From: Flectonema sp. DT1601
Lineage: Eukaryota
Assembly: GCA_964019425.1 (NCBI GenBank)
Contig: OZ025796.1
Location: forward strand, 930,001-994,000
DNA: 64,000 nt
Direction: 5' to 3'
The notes under the pieces are model-generated. The model was given only the letters and a program-made list of their open reading frames with translations, was not told the origin of the DNA and made no database searches. Numbering within the stretch: position 1 is the first letter of the stretch; every line of letters begins with the position of its first letter. Shown here piece after piece: positions 22,084 to 34,300 of the stretch. The translations under genes were made by a program, and so were the position numbers.

Positions 22084-24963
22084 TCACGCGCCTAAGGAAA
22101 TAAAACCATGAAGAAGGTAAGCACTAGAACGCCTATTCTTATAGTCAAATAAATCGACAGGATAATTACGAGGAAGAGTAAAACAAAGTATCGATGACAG
22201 GGGTAATGATACAGGTGATTCTGATTTAATAAGCTCATGAAGAACTTCTTGATCATCATCTGAATGACACAAGTCTGATATAGGAGTCGTGCTGTTGGTG
22301 GCATACTTTGCATCTTTTGAACGAAAGAACGCAATGGTGGGATCGAATGACCAACAAGCATCAGTATTATCCGTTATAACATAAATTCGTTGAAGTTGAG
22401 ACGTGTAGTCACGCTTACCCAAATATGATGGTGACGGAACAAATAGCGGAACATCACAAGAAGGAAGAGGAACATCGCCAGCAGATTTCGAACACAACAA
22501 CAACGAAGAGTTTGTTTCAAGAGACCATCTAACCCCAGTAGCAATACAAACGTATTGAAGTAGAATACTAAACGTCGCATGGCTTTGTAGAGAAATTGGA
22601 ATCCCTCCACTTCGATCTCTAACAATGTACGTCTGATCATTATTATCACTTTGATTTAATGCTACTGATTCGACTGTGTGTGGTCTTCGTGTTCTCGCTC
22701 TTTTTCCTAATTTCTTACCTACAGATCCATCACCATCTCTGATGAGCCTGTTGCTCTTTGTAGTAGTAAGACACATCATATCAAATATAGGATCTGTAGT
22801 CACTGCACCTCCCTCTAGTTCAGTTCCTGGTTGCTGCTTCACTTGTGATTCGTTCTTAGAATCTTGACCCCAACGTATTTTAGCATCAGCAGCAAGACAT
22901 AAAATCGGAGATCCGTTCACTAACTGAATTCCAACTTTCTGAACGTCTCGAAACGATGGTCTTGCCTGTCTTGATTTCTGTACCATATTTGAGTGAAACC
23001 ATTCGACTAAAGAACTGTCAGTAGTTGGTATACTTCTACTAATTGTTAATAGCGATACAGCAACTAATTGTATGTCAGGATTACAAGTCGTATGAAGAGC
23101 GAAGTGAAAAGGAACTTGATTTGGTAAAGTTGTTTTTGTTTGATCATCGCGGTCTTCAACGCGGACAGTCAACAGAGCGGTTCCACAAGTACTGACTTGT
23201 TGGAATTGATTTCCTTGTTGTTGTCCTTGTCCTTGTACGTCTTGCTGTTGATGCTGCCCTTGTTTTTGTACTTCTTGTTGTTGGTGTTGTTGTTGTCGTT
23301 GTGAAGTACTACTTTGAGAGGCTTGTTGATGTTTTTCTGAAAGAAGTTTTCTCTCCTTTGAAGCAATCTTAATGGGTTGGTCATGAGAAGTCTCTTCAGG
23401 GCTCTCAGGAATTTCTGCATTATACTTACAAGATTCCCTTACAGTTAATAATCTACTTCTTGGTGTTATTGTTTCTGATTCTGTCGGTCCTACAGCACTC
23501 CCTATACTCCCCATACTTGAATCACGAAGCTTTAACTTTCCCTTTGATGGAACAAATGACGGTGCTGCCTCCCCACGACCACCCTTTGATAATGGGAGGG
23601 TTATTAATTGAACCGCCTTGTTGAAATCATATTTTAAATCACTTCCCATATCACGTCTGAGAGGACCTAAAGCATACCTCTCATACAACGCAAGTGTTAC
23701 AGTCCATTGCTGTTGTCTTATTGATGATAGTGGAATGGATGGACCATCAGACTTGTCATTTGATGACATCGCACTGGCAAAAGCATTGTTAGAAGATACT
23801 GATTCCATGGCCAAACCGATACCATAAGAACATCGTGAATATGATAATTTATATAAAGGATTCAACATTGGATGTAATTTGCTGAACGAATTGTGTTGAG
23901 CAAGTGTTTGTAATTTATTATTATGAGCAATAACTAGTTTATTATCGAGACGGATAATAGAATCGAGAACAGAGCTCTCTCGACACCAGGCGGATACTGT
24001 TGGTAATTCGTATCTCTTACCGCAATGGACCATTTGGCGAAGTATGTACTGTGCTTGTCGTCCAATAAAGTCATGGACTTGTTTTATATTATTATCTAAA
24101 CAACTTGGATCGTACTTATCAACTACAAAACAACACCTAACAGGGTCAAGCATTAAGATTGGTGTTTCAGGACCGTCGCGGTCGGAAGCAGTTCCCAGCA
24201 GTTTAGTACTGCGTAAGAATTGTCGAATGTGTGAGCTTAGCGATTGCTCTAACTGGTAGTTTCTCTTTTCACGGGGTTTTAGTTTATTTCCATTCCAAGG
24301 TTTTAAAAAAAAACCAGATTTCGGTTGAAAAATAAAAACCACAATCGGCAACAACCTTCCAGGCGAAAACTGACTCCCACATAAAATATCTTTATACCGA
24401 ATACGAGTCAACTCCGTAACTGCCGGTGCAATTCCTTGACGAATTGTTTGGCATATTCTCAACAGTTTTAACACACCCAAATCAACAGATACATGACAAG
24501 GGGGATGAATAAATAATATAACATGACAAACCATAAGCATATAACATAACGATCTCAGATAACTAATAAGACGGTCTTCAGTGTAGTCAACAATTGTTGA
24601 AGAGTTAGTGTGATCTCTGCTGGTTGAGAATTTATGGTAACCAGTGTTTATTGCTAAGGGAGTGACTCCAGAAGATGATAAATAAACATGAACTCTTGAC
24701 TGGTCAGGACAGTAATGTGATTGTATATCCAGTGGTGTTTGAGGATCACTACATTTCGAAATATTTCCATCTGTAAAACACTTACTTTTTGCTATATAAT
24801 TAGCCAGGTCTGCACATCCATCACCTAAAGCAACGTAACCAACAGCCATTGTTGCTCCATCAGTTCCTTCAGGTATGATTTCTTCACTACCACTGTTGTT
24901 GCTTGATCGATTTCCTCCACCTTTTCTACCTTTTCCTCCTCCCTTTATAGTACTTCCCTTCAT
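22084..24963 (-). CDS. SMG8: SMG8-like nonsense-mediated decay factor
   Basis: Collinear motifs recalled from SMG8: VCHVILFIHP, PGRLLPIVVFIF, LEQSLSSHIRQFLRSTKLL, RCSYG, YALGP, DVPLF, QLQRIYV, LPLSSILCFTLP. Confidence 0.7.
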   Translation of the reverse strand: MKGSTIKGGGKGRKGGGNRSSNNSGSEEIIPEGTDGATMAVGYVALGDGCADLANYIAKSKCFTDGNISKCSDPQTPLDIQSHYCPDQSRVHVYLSSSGVTPLAINTGYHKFSTSRDHTNSSTIVDYTEDRLISYLRSLCYMLMVCHVILFIHPPCHVSVDLGVLKLLRICQTIRQGIAPAVTELTRIRYKDILCGSQFSPGRLLPIVVFIFQPKSGFFLKPWNGNKLKPREKRNYQLEQSLSSHIRQFLRSTKLLGTASDRDGPETPILMLDPVRCCFVVDKYDPSCLDNNIKQVHDFIGRQAQYILRQMVHCGKRYELPTVSAWCRESSVLDSIIRLDNKLVIAHNNKLQTLAQHNSFSKLHPMLNPLYKLSYSRCSYGIGLAMESVSSNNAFASAMSSNDKSDGPSIPLSSIRQQQWTVTLALYERYALGPLRRDMGSDLKYDFNKAVQLITLPLSKGGRGEAAPSFVPSKGKLKLRDSSMGSIGSAVGPTESETITPRSRLLTVRESCKYNAEIPESPEETSHDQPIKIASKERKLLSEKHQQASQSSTSQRQQQHQQQEVQKQGQHQQQDVQGQGQQQGNQFQQVSTCGTALLTVRVEDRDDQTKTTLPNQVPFHFALHTTCNPDIQLVAVSLLTISRSIPTTDSSLVEWFHSNMVQKSRQARPSFRDVQKVGIQLVNGSPILCLAADAKIRWGQDSKNESQVKQQPGTELEGGAVTTDPIFDMMCLTTTKSNRLIRDGDGSVGKKLGKRARTRRPHTVESVALNQSDNNDQTYIVRDRSGGIPISLQSHATFSILLQYVCIATGVRWSLETNSSLLLCSKSAGDVPLPSCDVPLFVPSPSYLGKRDYTSQLQRIYVITDNTDACWSFDPTIAFFRSKDAKYATNSTTPISDLCHSDDDQEVLHELIKSESPVSLPLSSILCFTLPRNYPVDLFDYKNRRSSAYLLHGFISLGA

Positions 24964-25159
24964 ATTTTACCACTGCTACTGTTAAATAGAAAACTATAAG
25001 AAACACTTTCAATTCAAGGAGCATGCTATCGCTTTGAAGAAGCAAAAGTACCTTCTTGGTTAGCTTTGGTACCGCGAGAGGAGCAACGAGAGATGTGTGA
25101 CAATAAACATTCGCTGTATAGACACAACCTCGATATTCGGGTAAAAGGGATAGATGTTG

Positions 25160-25903
25160 TCACTCTAAAATAACTGACAATTCCTTAGCTAGTTGATCGT
25201 AACCTGCGGCACTGAAGTGCACGTTGTCAACGAACATTTTTCGGAGAGTTTTTCCACGGTTATCAATGACGTTGGCGCTGAAATCGTGAAAGTTGATTGA
25301 CATTTGAGTAGCAAGTTCCTTAAGAAGTCCGTTGTACTCTTTAATCTTATTAAACAATACATCCTCAGAGATGTCATCACTGATACGAGGAAACATCGCA
25401 AGAAGGTGTAGTTCTGATGTTGGAAACCTTTTTTTCACAAGTGAAATTATCTGAGTCATACCATCAAGAATCACTGCAATCTTACCACATTCGATATCAT
25501 TAGCTCCAGCCATTATTATGCATTTCTTTGGATCGTTTTTGACGTAATTGAGGACTTTTAATTCAGAAAGTCGGTATAAAATATTACAAACACAATCACC
25601 ACCACAGCTACAGTTAAAACAAGACTTCTTATCAAGGCTGTGTGCAGCCCAAGCAGATGTACCTTCTGCAGTGTATTGAAACCTCTCAAACATGCTGGTA
25701 CCAATTAGAATGTTGACAGGATTTGGTCGATTCTCTAAAAATGGAATATGAACTGTTTGCGTAGTTTCTTCAGATCTTTTTTTCCATTTTGCCACGCAAG
25801 AACCCGCAATCACATCTTTCAAAGTACATAGTGGCTGCTCTATTTTTTGGCTGGATATTTTCTTCTTCTTTTTATTTTTTTGAGGATCGACTAGACTCGT
25901 CAT
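25160..25903 (-). CDS. SGNH/GDSL hydrolase (PAF-acetylhydrolase-like)
   Basis: Blocks IGTS, GGD, AGAND and DNVHFS. Confidence 0.85.
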   Translation of the reverse strand: MTSLVDPQKNKKKKKISSQKIEQPLCTLKDVIAGSCVAKWKKRSEETTQTVHIPFLENRPNPVNILIGTSMFERFQYTAEGTSAWAAHSLDKKSCFNCSCGGDCVCNILYRLSELKVLNYVKNDPKKCIIMAGANDIECGKIAVILDGMTQIISLVKKRFPTSELHLLAMFPRISDDISEDVLFNKIKEYNGLLKELATQMSINFHDFSANVIDNRGKTLRKMFVDNVHFSAAGYDQLAKELSVILE

Positions 25904-26153
25904 GTTTTTTTTTTTTTTTTTTTTTACAAAGTCACCACTTGCTAAAAATAATTATTAAAAACAACACCAACAACACATGTTTCACGATTCTTTTCATGTT
26001 GTTGTTTGATCAGAGTGACCAAGGTTAAGACTTTTCTTTATTTATTTTTTTTTATAGATAAAATCGAATCGCTAGAGAGTCAGTTAAGGCATTCTAGGCA
26101 TGTTAATATTGAGAAGAAACAATTAAAAAAAGAAGTGTAATAGTTGATCGAGA

Positions 26154-27371
26154 CTACGTTGGGTTCACAAGCTCTTCAAGAACTTTTCCAAGCTTGTTAT
26201 CGATTGCGGGTAAGAACTCGTTCCTTACTAAATCAGACATAACTTCAATGTTTTTGGGTCGGATGTTGTCAAGTTCTTCGCATGCGACATGTGCTTTTGC
26301 CCATTCTTTATTTTTAGTTTTTGATGTGTATTCTTCAGGGATCATCATTTGAAAACGATGATATTTTGTTTTATTATCTGATGCAGCAATCCTTTCTAAT
26401 TGATCATGGACAAGTTGAGAACTTCCTCCCATCATTGTAGATATGAGAGGTTCAATCCATGCTGCAGTCCCCCAAGAAGATAATTGTTTATGACTGTGTG
26501 CTTCATGAACCCTTCCAGTCCCTAAAGATATAAGTACAATCTCCGCATCATCATCACAAATACTTTTAACATATGTGAGGATGGCTAGTGCTGGATTGTT
26601 ACAACAAATACCTCCGTCAATACACGCAAGTGAACAGTTACCATCCTTTCTTCTTTCTGTGACATTACTAAACTGTGCTGGTGGTAAGAAAGTTGGAGCA
26701 GCGCTGGTAGCACGAGCGATGTCTCGAAGTCGATAATTTGATCCGTTTGGACCAGAATCAGTTTCAGCATCGAGTGATGAAAAGAAGATTGGACCCCAAG
26801 GATGAGACATCTCAACAGATGAAATAAAAACAGGTTTCACAGTGTCTGTAAGTGTTAAATCATTACCTTGATTACAACAGTATTCAGTTATCACATTCTC
26901 AAGACCCTTTTCACTATACTTTGGTTTAGATAGGAGTGTTTGAACAGAAGACACAGCACCTCTTACTTCACCAGCAACAGCAGATTTCGCCTTTGAAACA
27001 AAAGACAATATATCCGTACCTTCTTGTGTTTCGTTTGATGAAATCGGAAATATTTCACCACCTCGCTCACCATAAATTTTAACTAAATCAGACGCAGTAG
27101 TCATTGATGATAAGGTCTTTGATCCTGGACACTCTGGTAGCATTGTCAACATCGCAAGGATTCCTCCAGTACTCGTACCAGCAGCAACGTCAAACACCTC
27201 ACCTATTCTCTTTCCCATTATCTTCTCCATGTGTTCCATTACTATTGCTGGTATCAATCCACGGATACCTCCCCCATCAATACTCAGGATGTTGATTCTC
27301 TTTTGTCCTCTCAGTCCTTTGACATCTCTTGGATGGGGACGAGGGAAAGTTTGGAAGCTATATGAAGGCAT
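26154..27371 (-). CDS. Patatin-like phospholipase
   Basis: DGGGIRG, GTSTG, ATSAAP, DGG..NNP, SLGTG. Confidence 0.93.
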   Translation of the reverse strand: MPSYSFQTFPRPHPRDVKGLRGQKRINILSIDGGGIRGLIPAIVMEHMEKIMGKRIGEVFDVAAGTSTGGILAMLTMLPECPGSKTLSSMTTASDLVKIYGERGGEIFPISSNETQEGTDILSFVSKAKSAVAGEVRGAVSSVQTLLSKPKYSEKGLENVITEYCCNQGNDLTLTDTVKPVFISSVEMSHPWGPIFFSSLDAETDSGPNGSNYRLRDIARATSAAPTFLPPAQFSNVTERRKDGNCSLACIDGGICCNNPALAILTYVKSICDDDAEIVLISLGTGRVHEAHSHKQLSSWGTAAWIEPLISTMMGGSSQLVHDQLERIAASDNKTKYHRFQMMIPEEYTSKTKNKEWAKAHVACEELDNIRPKNIEVMSDLVRNEFLPAIDNKLGKVLEELVNPT

Positions 27372-27613
27372 CCTTTAAGTATACAGCTGGGAGAGATAGA
27401 GATGGAGATAGAGAGATAATAAGGGAAATAACATATTACATCATGATGACTTTTCTCCGTCTCTGTCTGTTCGATATTTTTAACAATCTGGAGAGAAGAG
27501 ATAAGAAAAGAGAGTGAATGAGAATACAATAATTCAATTATTGATTTATATAATAACCTGCAATAAGCAACAATATGAGTTCTATGTCATCAAAAAATTA
27601 AAAACTGGGAGAA

Positions 27614-27678
<65 letters not shown>

Positions 27679-28312
27679 CGCCGAAGCGAAGATGCCGGGA
27701 AGAAACCACATGCTAGTACAGTTCTTTTACTTTTCTTTGTCTGCTGGAATTCTATCTGAGAAAACCGGTAGTCTTTAAAATTGTAAGCCAAGTACAAGTT
27801 GCCTCCTGACGGGTATATTGTGGGTAGTTCGAAAACGTTGCTCTCCAAAATATAACAAGACTCTACTCCACCCGCGTCAGGCGCATCTCTTGTCTTAGCC
27901 CTAGCATGCTACGTTGGAACATTGTCACCAGCCCGGTGGACCAAGTTGTAATTATTGCCCCTGGTTTACTCATCACTCTTCCGTGTGACGGCGGTTATTC
28001 CCTAATAACCTGTTGTATGCTTTACCTAAGTCTTTTACTTTTTTCTTCTTCGCACGCTGTCGGTTTCCACCTTCGACGCAGTCAATCTTGTTCCGCCTTG
28101 GTTGTTTTTGGAAGAGCTAAGCTAAGTGGCAAGGTTTCACTAACAGATCGACTTTTTGTCAGCATCTCAGGCTTCTTTTTGCCGAGGACGTGCGGCTTTC
28201 TTTGAGGTCTCACAGTGACACTTTTAAAAGAAATTATCTATTCCGGTGGGTATAAAGGGGGGGGGGTGGGGGAGGAGGAGGGGGAGGGGACGTGTGAGTA
28301 CACCCACAGATC

Positions 28313-31300
28313 TCAGCAGTCGTCTTTAAGTCTCTTCCCCGGACTCAGGTTGGTCTTCTCTGAGTCCGCGGAACTGTATGGCGATATCTTCTTCTTTGTC
28401 TTCTCGTTCGAGGATGGGCACGACCTCGTCCTCCTGTGTCTTGGTGTACTGTCTGGGTGATCCAAGGCTCTGGAGGCGGTCTCCACTCCGGCGGTCCAAC
28501 ATCTTCGACAGGTCGTTATCTGGCACTTCGTGCATCTGCTCCTGAACCATTTCCGTTGCAACAATCTATGGCAGAAGTCGCATTTGACCCTTGGTCCCTT
28601 TTGCAACGGCGGTGCATGGTCACATGTCGGTCGGGTATCTTCGGTATCGTTTGTGGAGACATCGGAGCTACTTGTCCCCGTCCGGGGTGGGCTGCTCCTT
28701 GCTCTTCTGGTCTTCGGTGTCGGATCTTCTGTAGAGCTGTTATGGCTGTCGAGGTCTAGCGTTCTGGCCACAGGGGGAGTGTGGGTCTCCTTGTCGTATG
28801 CTTGTAACTGCGATGACGGGCTGGACAAGTCGCGTTCCTCCTTGGTGAGGATGTCTACTGGTTCTTCAGAGGTGTCACACACTTCATTGTCGAGGGCGTC
28901 CGCTAGTTCTCCGGAGGCATCCTGTTCTATTTCGGTAAGGATGTCTGCTGGTTGTTCGGCGGTATCGCGCACTTCTTCGGCGAGGGTGTCTGCTAGTTCT
29001 CCGGCGGCATCATGTTCTACTTCGGTAAGAATATCCGCTGGTTCTTCGGAGGCATCGCGTACTTCCCCGGTGAGGGTGTCTGTCTGATCTCCAGGGGCAT
29101 CATATACTTCTTCCTTGAGGGTGTTTACTGTATCTTCGGAGGCATCGTGTTCACCTTTCTCCGGCGGGTCTATGGTTGCAACTATCGTCCTTAGACTGGC
29201 TGACGGCAGGGGACTGCCTTCGGTGGGCAAATCTGTCGGTCTAGTGACTGGTGTGGCGCTGGCCGTGGCATCTTCCAATTCCTGACTTGCATTCGGCGGT
29301 GGGATGTCGGTTTCCTTTGGCTCCGGCTTACTCTGGCCGACATTGGTTGTAACTGCAGTTTCAACAGGTGAGGCGGTCGGCGCTACATTTTCTATCTCCG
29401 TCGTGACCGTCGGGTTCCGTTGGTTATCTACTAGTGGGGGGCCTTCTGAAGTCACTGAGTCTTCTCGGGCCACTTCAGGTGCGGACGTCTTCGGCTTCTT
29501 CACTGATACAGGCTCGTCTTGCGAATCTGAACCAGGGGACCACTGCTTCTTGCTCCTCGGACTGGCCGGTGGCGTTGGGCTTCTAACGGGGTCGGCTATG
29601 GCGGGCGGTGGATGGTCTGCCTCAGCCTTTGGTTTTTTGACCGAGGCAGACTCTCCCTGCGAATCGGAATCTGGGGATCTCGGTTTCTTGGTTAACCGTA
29701 ATCCCAGCTCCCCTTCCAGTTCTGAGGTACGTCTCAACACGTCCATCAGCGAGCAGTAATCTCGAGAGGACACCTCTTCCGCCTTGAACTGCGCACAGTT
29801 GTTGGCGACGTTTGGTGTGTTGAGGAAGCTCCATGTGTCCGGCACAGCCCCCGCCAGTCCCGTCCGTGTTGTCGCACTCCACGTGTTCATATTTCCTCTG
29901 CAACTCCAGGTGGCATTTCTATCCTGTTGACTCATCTTCTGTATCCCCTTGAGGGCAGCATAGTAGGAGGCAAGCCCGAGGTCTGCAGTGTCGAGCGTCG
30001 CACCCCAGCTGGCCGTCAACTTGTGCAGTTGCGTGTCCAACAGGCAGGCGGCCGCCCCCGTCCTCCCAGTGTTCAAGTTCCTATGACTGGCAAAGAATAG
30101 GCACATGCGAGGCGAGTCCTGTTGAGGTCCCCCTGCCATGTGGTCCCACCAGTATAGAGAGGCTTCCAATCGCGAGTTGAAGGCCTTGTACCGGCTTCTG
30201 GTGAACTCGTTTACCATCGAGCTCGCTTCGCGCCAGCAGTCGTACAGACCGGACTTTCGGCCCCTGACTACTGCGTACCATTTGCTGCCCGGCGGTGGAG
30301 CGACTTTGGTATCCCCTGATGGTGGGTTGTACCTCTCGACAAATCGCTGGGCCGACTCGCGGAGGACGAATCTTTGGTGGACGGCGCCTCTGTATTTGTG
30401 CACCTCCCTCTTCGTTTCCTCCCACGTGGTATAGACTCCCGGGGATCTGCCTTCGGCGACTCCGTAGAAGAAAGATGGCTTCCTGTTGGAGGGTGCTAAA
30501 ATCCGTCTTGGATCCTGGGTGGAGGAGGGTAGCTGCTCTCGTCTCAGGTACAGGGCGACGCAGGGCTTTACTTGTGTGACCTTCGACGTGTAGATTCCCT
30601 CGGCAGAATCGTCTTGTTTCAGCCATCCCCCCCTTCCATTTGTCGTATACGACACATAGTGCCCCGAGACCTCGTTTAATCTGACGTGTTGGATCATTCC
30701 AGTCAGGGTGTAGAGGCGGCTCGATGCGTCTATGAAGGATTCTGGAAGGGTGACTTCATCGGGTTTGGTATCTCCGAAATGTCCCTCTTTGAACCCAAGG
30801 AACAGCGAACGGGCTGGCTCGTCTACCGATGTAACGATCTCCGCTGAGCACGATTTACAACTCGGGCAGGTGAAGTCTGTCGGGCTTGTCGTCGTTTCGT
30901 CAAGGGCAGAAGCTGTCTTTTGGTCTGGTTCCAGTCTGAGGATGGGCGTTCTATACCGTACCGTGTGTATGTCTTCGCAGACTTGACACGTGCGGATTTG
31001 CGTTACCGTGGACACGAAGTCGACTGGTGGAGCTCCCGCCTCAACGATTGCTTCGAGCAGCTCTGACAGTGCATGTTCGGCTTCTGATTGTCCCGGACCG
31101 CAGCGTGGTTTCATCCATTCCCATATCTTCTTCGCTGCCAAAACAGACCCCGATCGCTTCAGCTCCCTCAGGGTGCATAAGACACAGTCTGCTGAGTGTT
31201 CCGGCAATTTGTTGCATTCCGGAAGAGGCATGCCCTTGCATAGGCACTGCAGCGCTGCGTTCATGTAGCAGGAATCCCCGAGATTCTGAATCCCCTCCAG

Positions 31301-34300
31301 GCCTACTCCAAAGGGTATGAAGGTCGGAGGGTGTTCTATTGCTGGACTCTCGGGTTTCGAAGTGAGTGACGGCCCTCTCTGTGTCAAGGGCGTACCCGGG
31401 GCCGACTCCGGTTCCTGCCATCGTCCGTCAGAAGTTGTTATTGGGCCAGGAAGGTGCATGACGGCAGAGTCTGGAACAGACAGGGCGGCTTCGTTCGGCG
31501 TTATCTCTCCACCGTGCGTAGCGATTGGATCAGTGGGCGATTCATGCGGCCTCAGCCCGGTCTCCGATATCTCTAAACCTCCGGCAGTGGATTTGGAAGG
31601 GCCAGGGGGCATAGGGACAGCAGCGGCTGGGTCGATCAATATGAATACATTCCGTCCGCCTATTGGCAGTGAAGGATTGCCTGTTTCCATTGTGGGTTCA
31701 ACCGGCGCTCCTTGCGGGCGAAAAGACGGTCTCGGCTCCGGCTCCGGTAACTCTAAACTTCCGGCAATGGATCTGGTTGGGCCCGGAGGAGTAGGGACAG
31801 CGGTGACTGGAGCGGTCTGATCCGTCTCGGTTCGTTTAGCGGCTGGCGAGGAAGTTACGTCTACAGCTGATGCCGGATCAACCGGCGCTTCTAGAGGTCT
31901 GTTGAGTGGCAGTCTCAGCCCGGGCTCCGATACCTCTAAACCTCCGGCGATGGATGTGGTTGGGCCAGGAGGGGTCGGGGCAGCGGTGGCTGGAACGTGC
32001 AACGTGAACTCGTTCGGTCCGACGGCTGGCAAGGAGGCAGCTGGAGCGGACACTGGTGTGGCTGTCGGATCGGGTCCTCCGTCGTCAGTCGTGTACGGTA
32101 ACGGGGTCGGCACTGGTGTTGATTCGTACTCACACGGCTCTCCGTCTTTGTGTAGTGGAATTGCGGCACTCGTAGCGGGTTCTGCGGGCAATCTTTGCGG
32201 ACTAGTCGACGGACTCGGCAAAGGCTCCGATATCCCTAAACCTCCGGCGATGGATATGGTTGGGCCAGGAGGGGTCGGGGCAGCGGTGGCTGGTTCAGTC
32301 GATGTTTTCTCGTTTCTCCCTCCAGCTGGTAAGGAAGCCGTCGGAGCGGACACTGGTGTGGCTGTCGGGTCGGGTCCTCCGTCGTCAGTCGTGTACGGTA
32401 ACGGGGTCGGCACTGGTGTTGATTCGTACTCACACGGCTCTCCGTTTTTGTGTAGTGGAATTGCGACACTCGTAGCGGGTTCTGCGGGCAATCCTTGCGG
32501 ACTAGTCGACGGACTCGGCACAGGCTCCGATATCCCTAAACCTCCGGCGATGGATATGGTTGGGCCAGGAGGGGTCGGGGCAGCGGTGACTGGTTCAGTC
32601 GATGTTTTCTCGTTTCTCCCTCCAGCTGGTAAGGGTGCCATCGGTGCGGACACTGGTGTGGCTGTCGGGTCGGATCCTCCATCGTCAGTCGTGGTCGGTA
32701 ACGGGGCCTGCGCCGGCACTGGTTCGAGCTCTCTCGGCTCTCCGGCTTTGTGTAGTGGAGTTGTGAGGCTCATAGTGGGTTCGGCGGACACCCCTTGCGG
32801 ACTAGTCGAAGGACTCAGCACAGGCTCCGATACCTCTAAACCTCCGGCGGTAGATATGATTGGGCCAGGAGGTGTCGGGGCAGCGGTAGTTGGATCAAAC
32901 GATGCGGTCTCGTTCCGTCCTTCGGTTGACAGGGTAGCGGCTGGAACGGACACCGATGTAGCTATCGGAACGGGTCCTCCGTCGTCAGTCGTGGTCGGTT
33001 GCGGGGCCGGCACTGGTGTCGATTCGAACTCCCTCGGCACTCCAGCTTTGTGTTGTGGAGTTACTAGACTCGTTGCGGGTTCCTCTGGCTTCGTGGCCGG
33101 CCTGGTAACTGTATCCCCCTCGGGTTCCGCTGACCGGCCGATCCCTCCGGCATCCGGTGTGGTTGGGTCTGGAGTTGGATCCATAGGTTGTGGGGTCGAT
33201 GCGGACAATGACACGTCATCGGATGTGCTCGGTGCAGGCGGCATGTGTGGCGTGTGCGGCTTACTAGCGGATAACGCTGCCTGGTGTATGAGCGATGCTC
33301 CTCTTGCCCTGAGGGCTTCTGCAGTGCAGACCACCACTTGGGTTGAGACCCTCCTGGCATACAGGCCTGCAACCTCCCGTAGGGGTACTGTTGTGGCAAT
33401 GGCTCGCAGCTGCGACAGTCGGCTCAGGGTCCTCACAGCTTGTGGGCCTAAACCTCCATAGACTTCAAGTGCAATCGGGGAAAAGTTTAATCCGAACTTT
33501 GCACATAGGGCCGAGTATTTGCCTGACTTTGCGGCTTCTGCTTCACTGGCTGCTTGTCCCGGCTTGTTGTAGTTTCTAGAAGCCCCCGGGTTGACGATCG
33601 TCACGTCAAAGGCCCGCCCGACCCCCTCGTTCAACCCTTGCGGACAGTACCAATCTGCGGGTCGCTGCTTGTTGTATCCAACGAGGTATTTGGGTTCCCT
33701 CATCGTTGCCAAGCCCGCCGAACGACAGATGCCGATAAACTCTTCCCTTACTTTATCATGCCTGCGGTGGATATCCCCTCCGTCGATGCATACAGAGGCG
33801 TGGTACCCGAATGCGTCCTGCGTCTTCTTGCAGGCACGGCAGGCCTCATCCTCTGAGAACAGGGCTGTCCCGAGACGTAATCCGCAGGCGATACGGAATA
33901 TGTCGGAGCCTATGTAGCACTCCTCATCTGGACATTGTAACCACGCGCTTGCTTTCGGCATGGTGAGAGACAAGAGTCTCTTCTTGTCGGTTGGTGCCGC
34001 GTCTTCCAGCAACTTATCTCGCGCGACCTGGTCTAGTCTGGCCGAGGTAAGTCGTTGTGGGTGGTATGTGCCCTCCAGCTTTAGGCTTGCCGGCAGCACC
34101 TTGTTCAGCGCCTCTTGGATCTGCGCACCTAGGCTACATTTGTAGTCCCGCCAAAGGCTAACACAGGTATCCTTTACTAGTCCTAGCGAACCTAACAGGG
34201 CAGCATTCCTGTGCTTTGTACATGAACGGAGGCCGAGTCCGCCCATCCGCGTGGGGAGCTGTGCCTGGGTCCATCTCGAGCCTTCCAGGCCCTGTCCTAG

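Noticed and set aside
27582..27848. Repeated small ORFs MES/RNVFELPTIYP (also 59479-59787 and 59933-60187)
   Set aside because: TTG-started frames in the retroelement 3' UTR; recurrence reflects element copies.
28830..33070. CRISPR-like array interpretation of the periodic repeats
   Set aside because: In-frame coding repeats without unique spacers, in a eukaryotic context with no cas genes.
31317..33461. Long plus-strand ORFs (167 and 519 aa) in the retroelement
   Set aside because: Antisense shadows of GC-rich Pro/Thr repeats with no recognisable domain.
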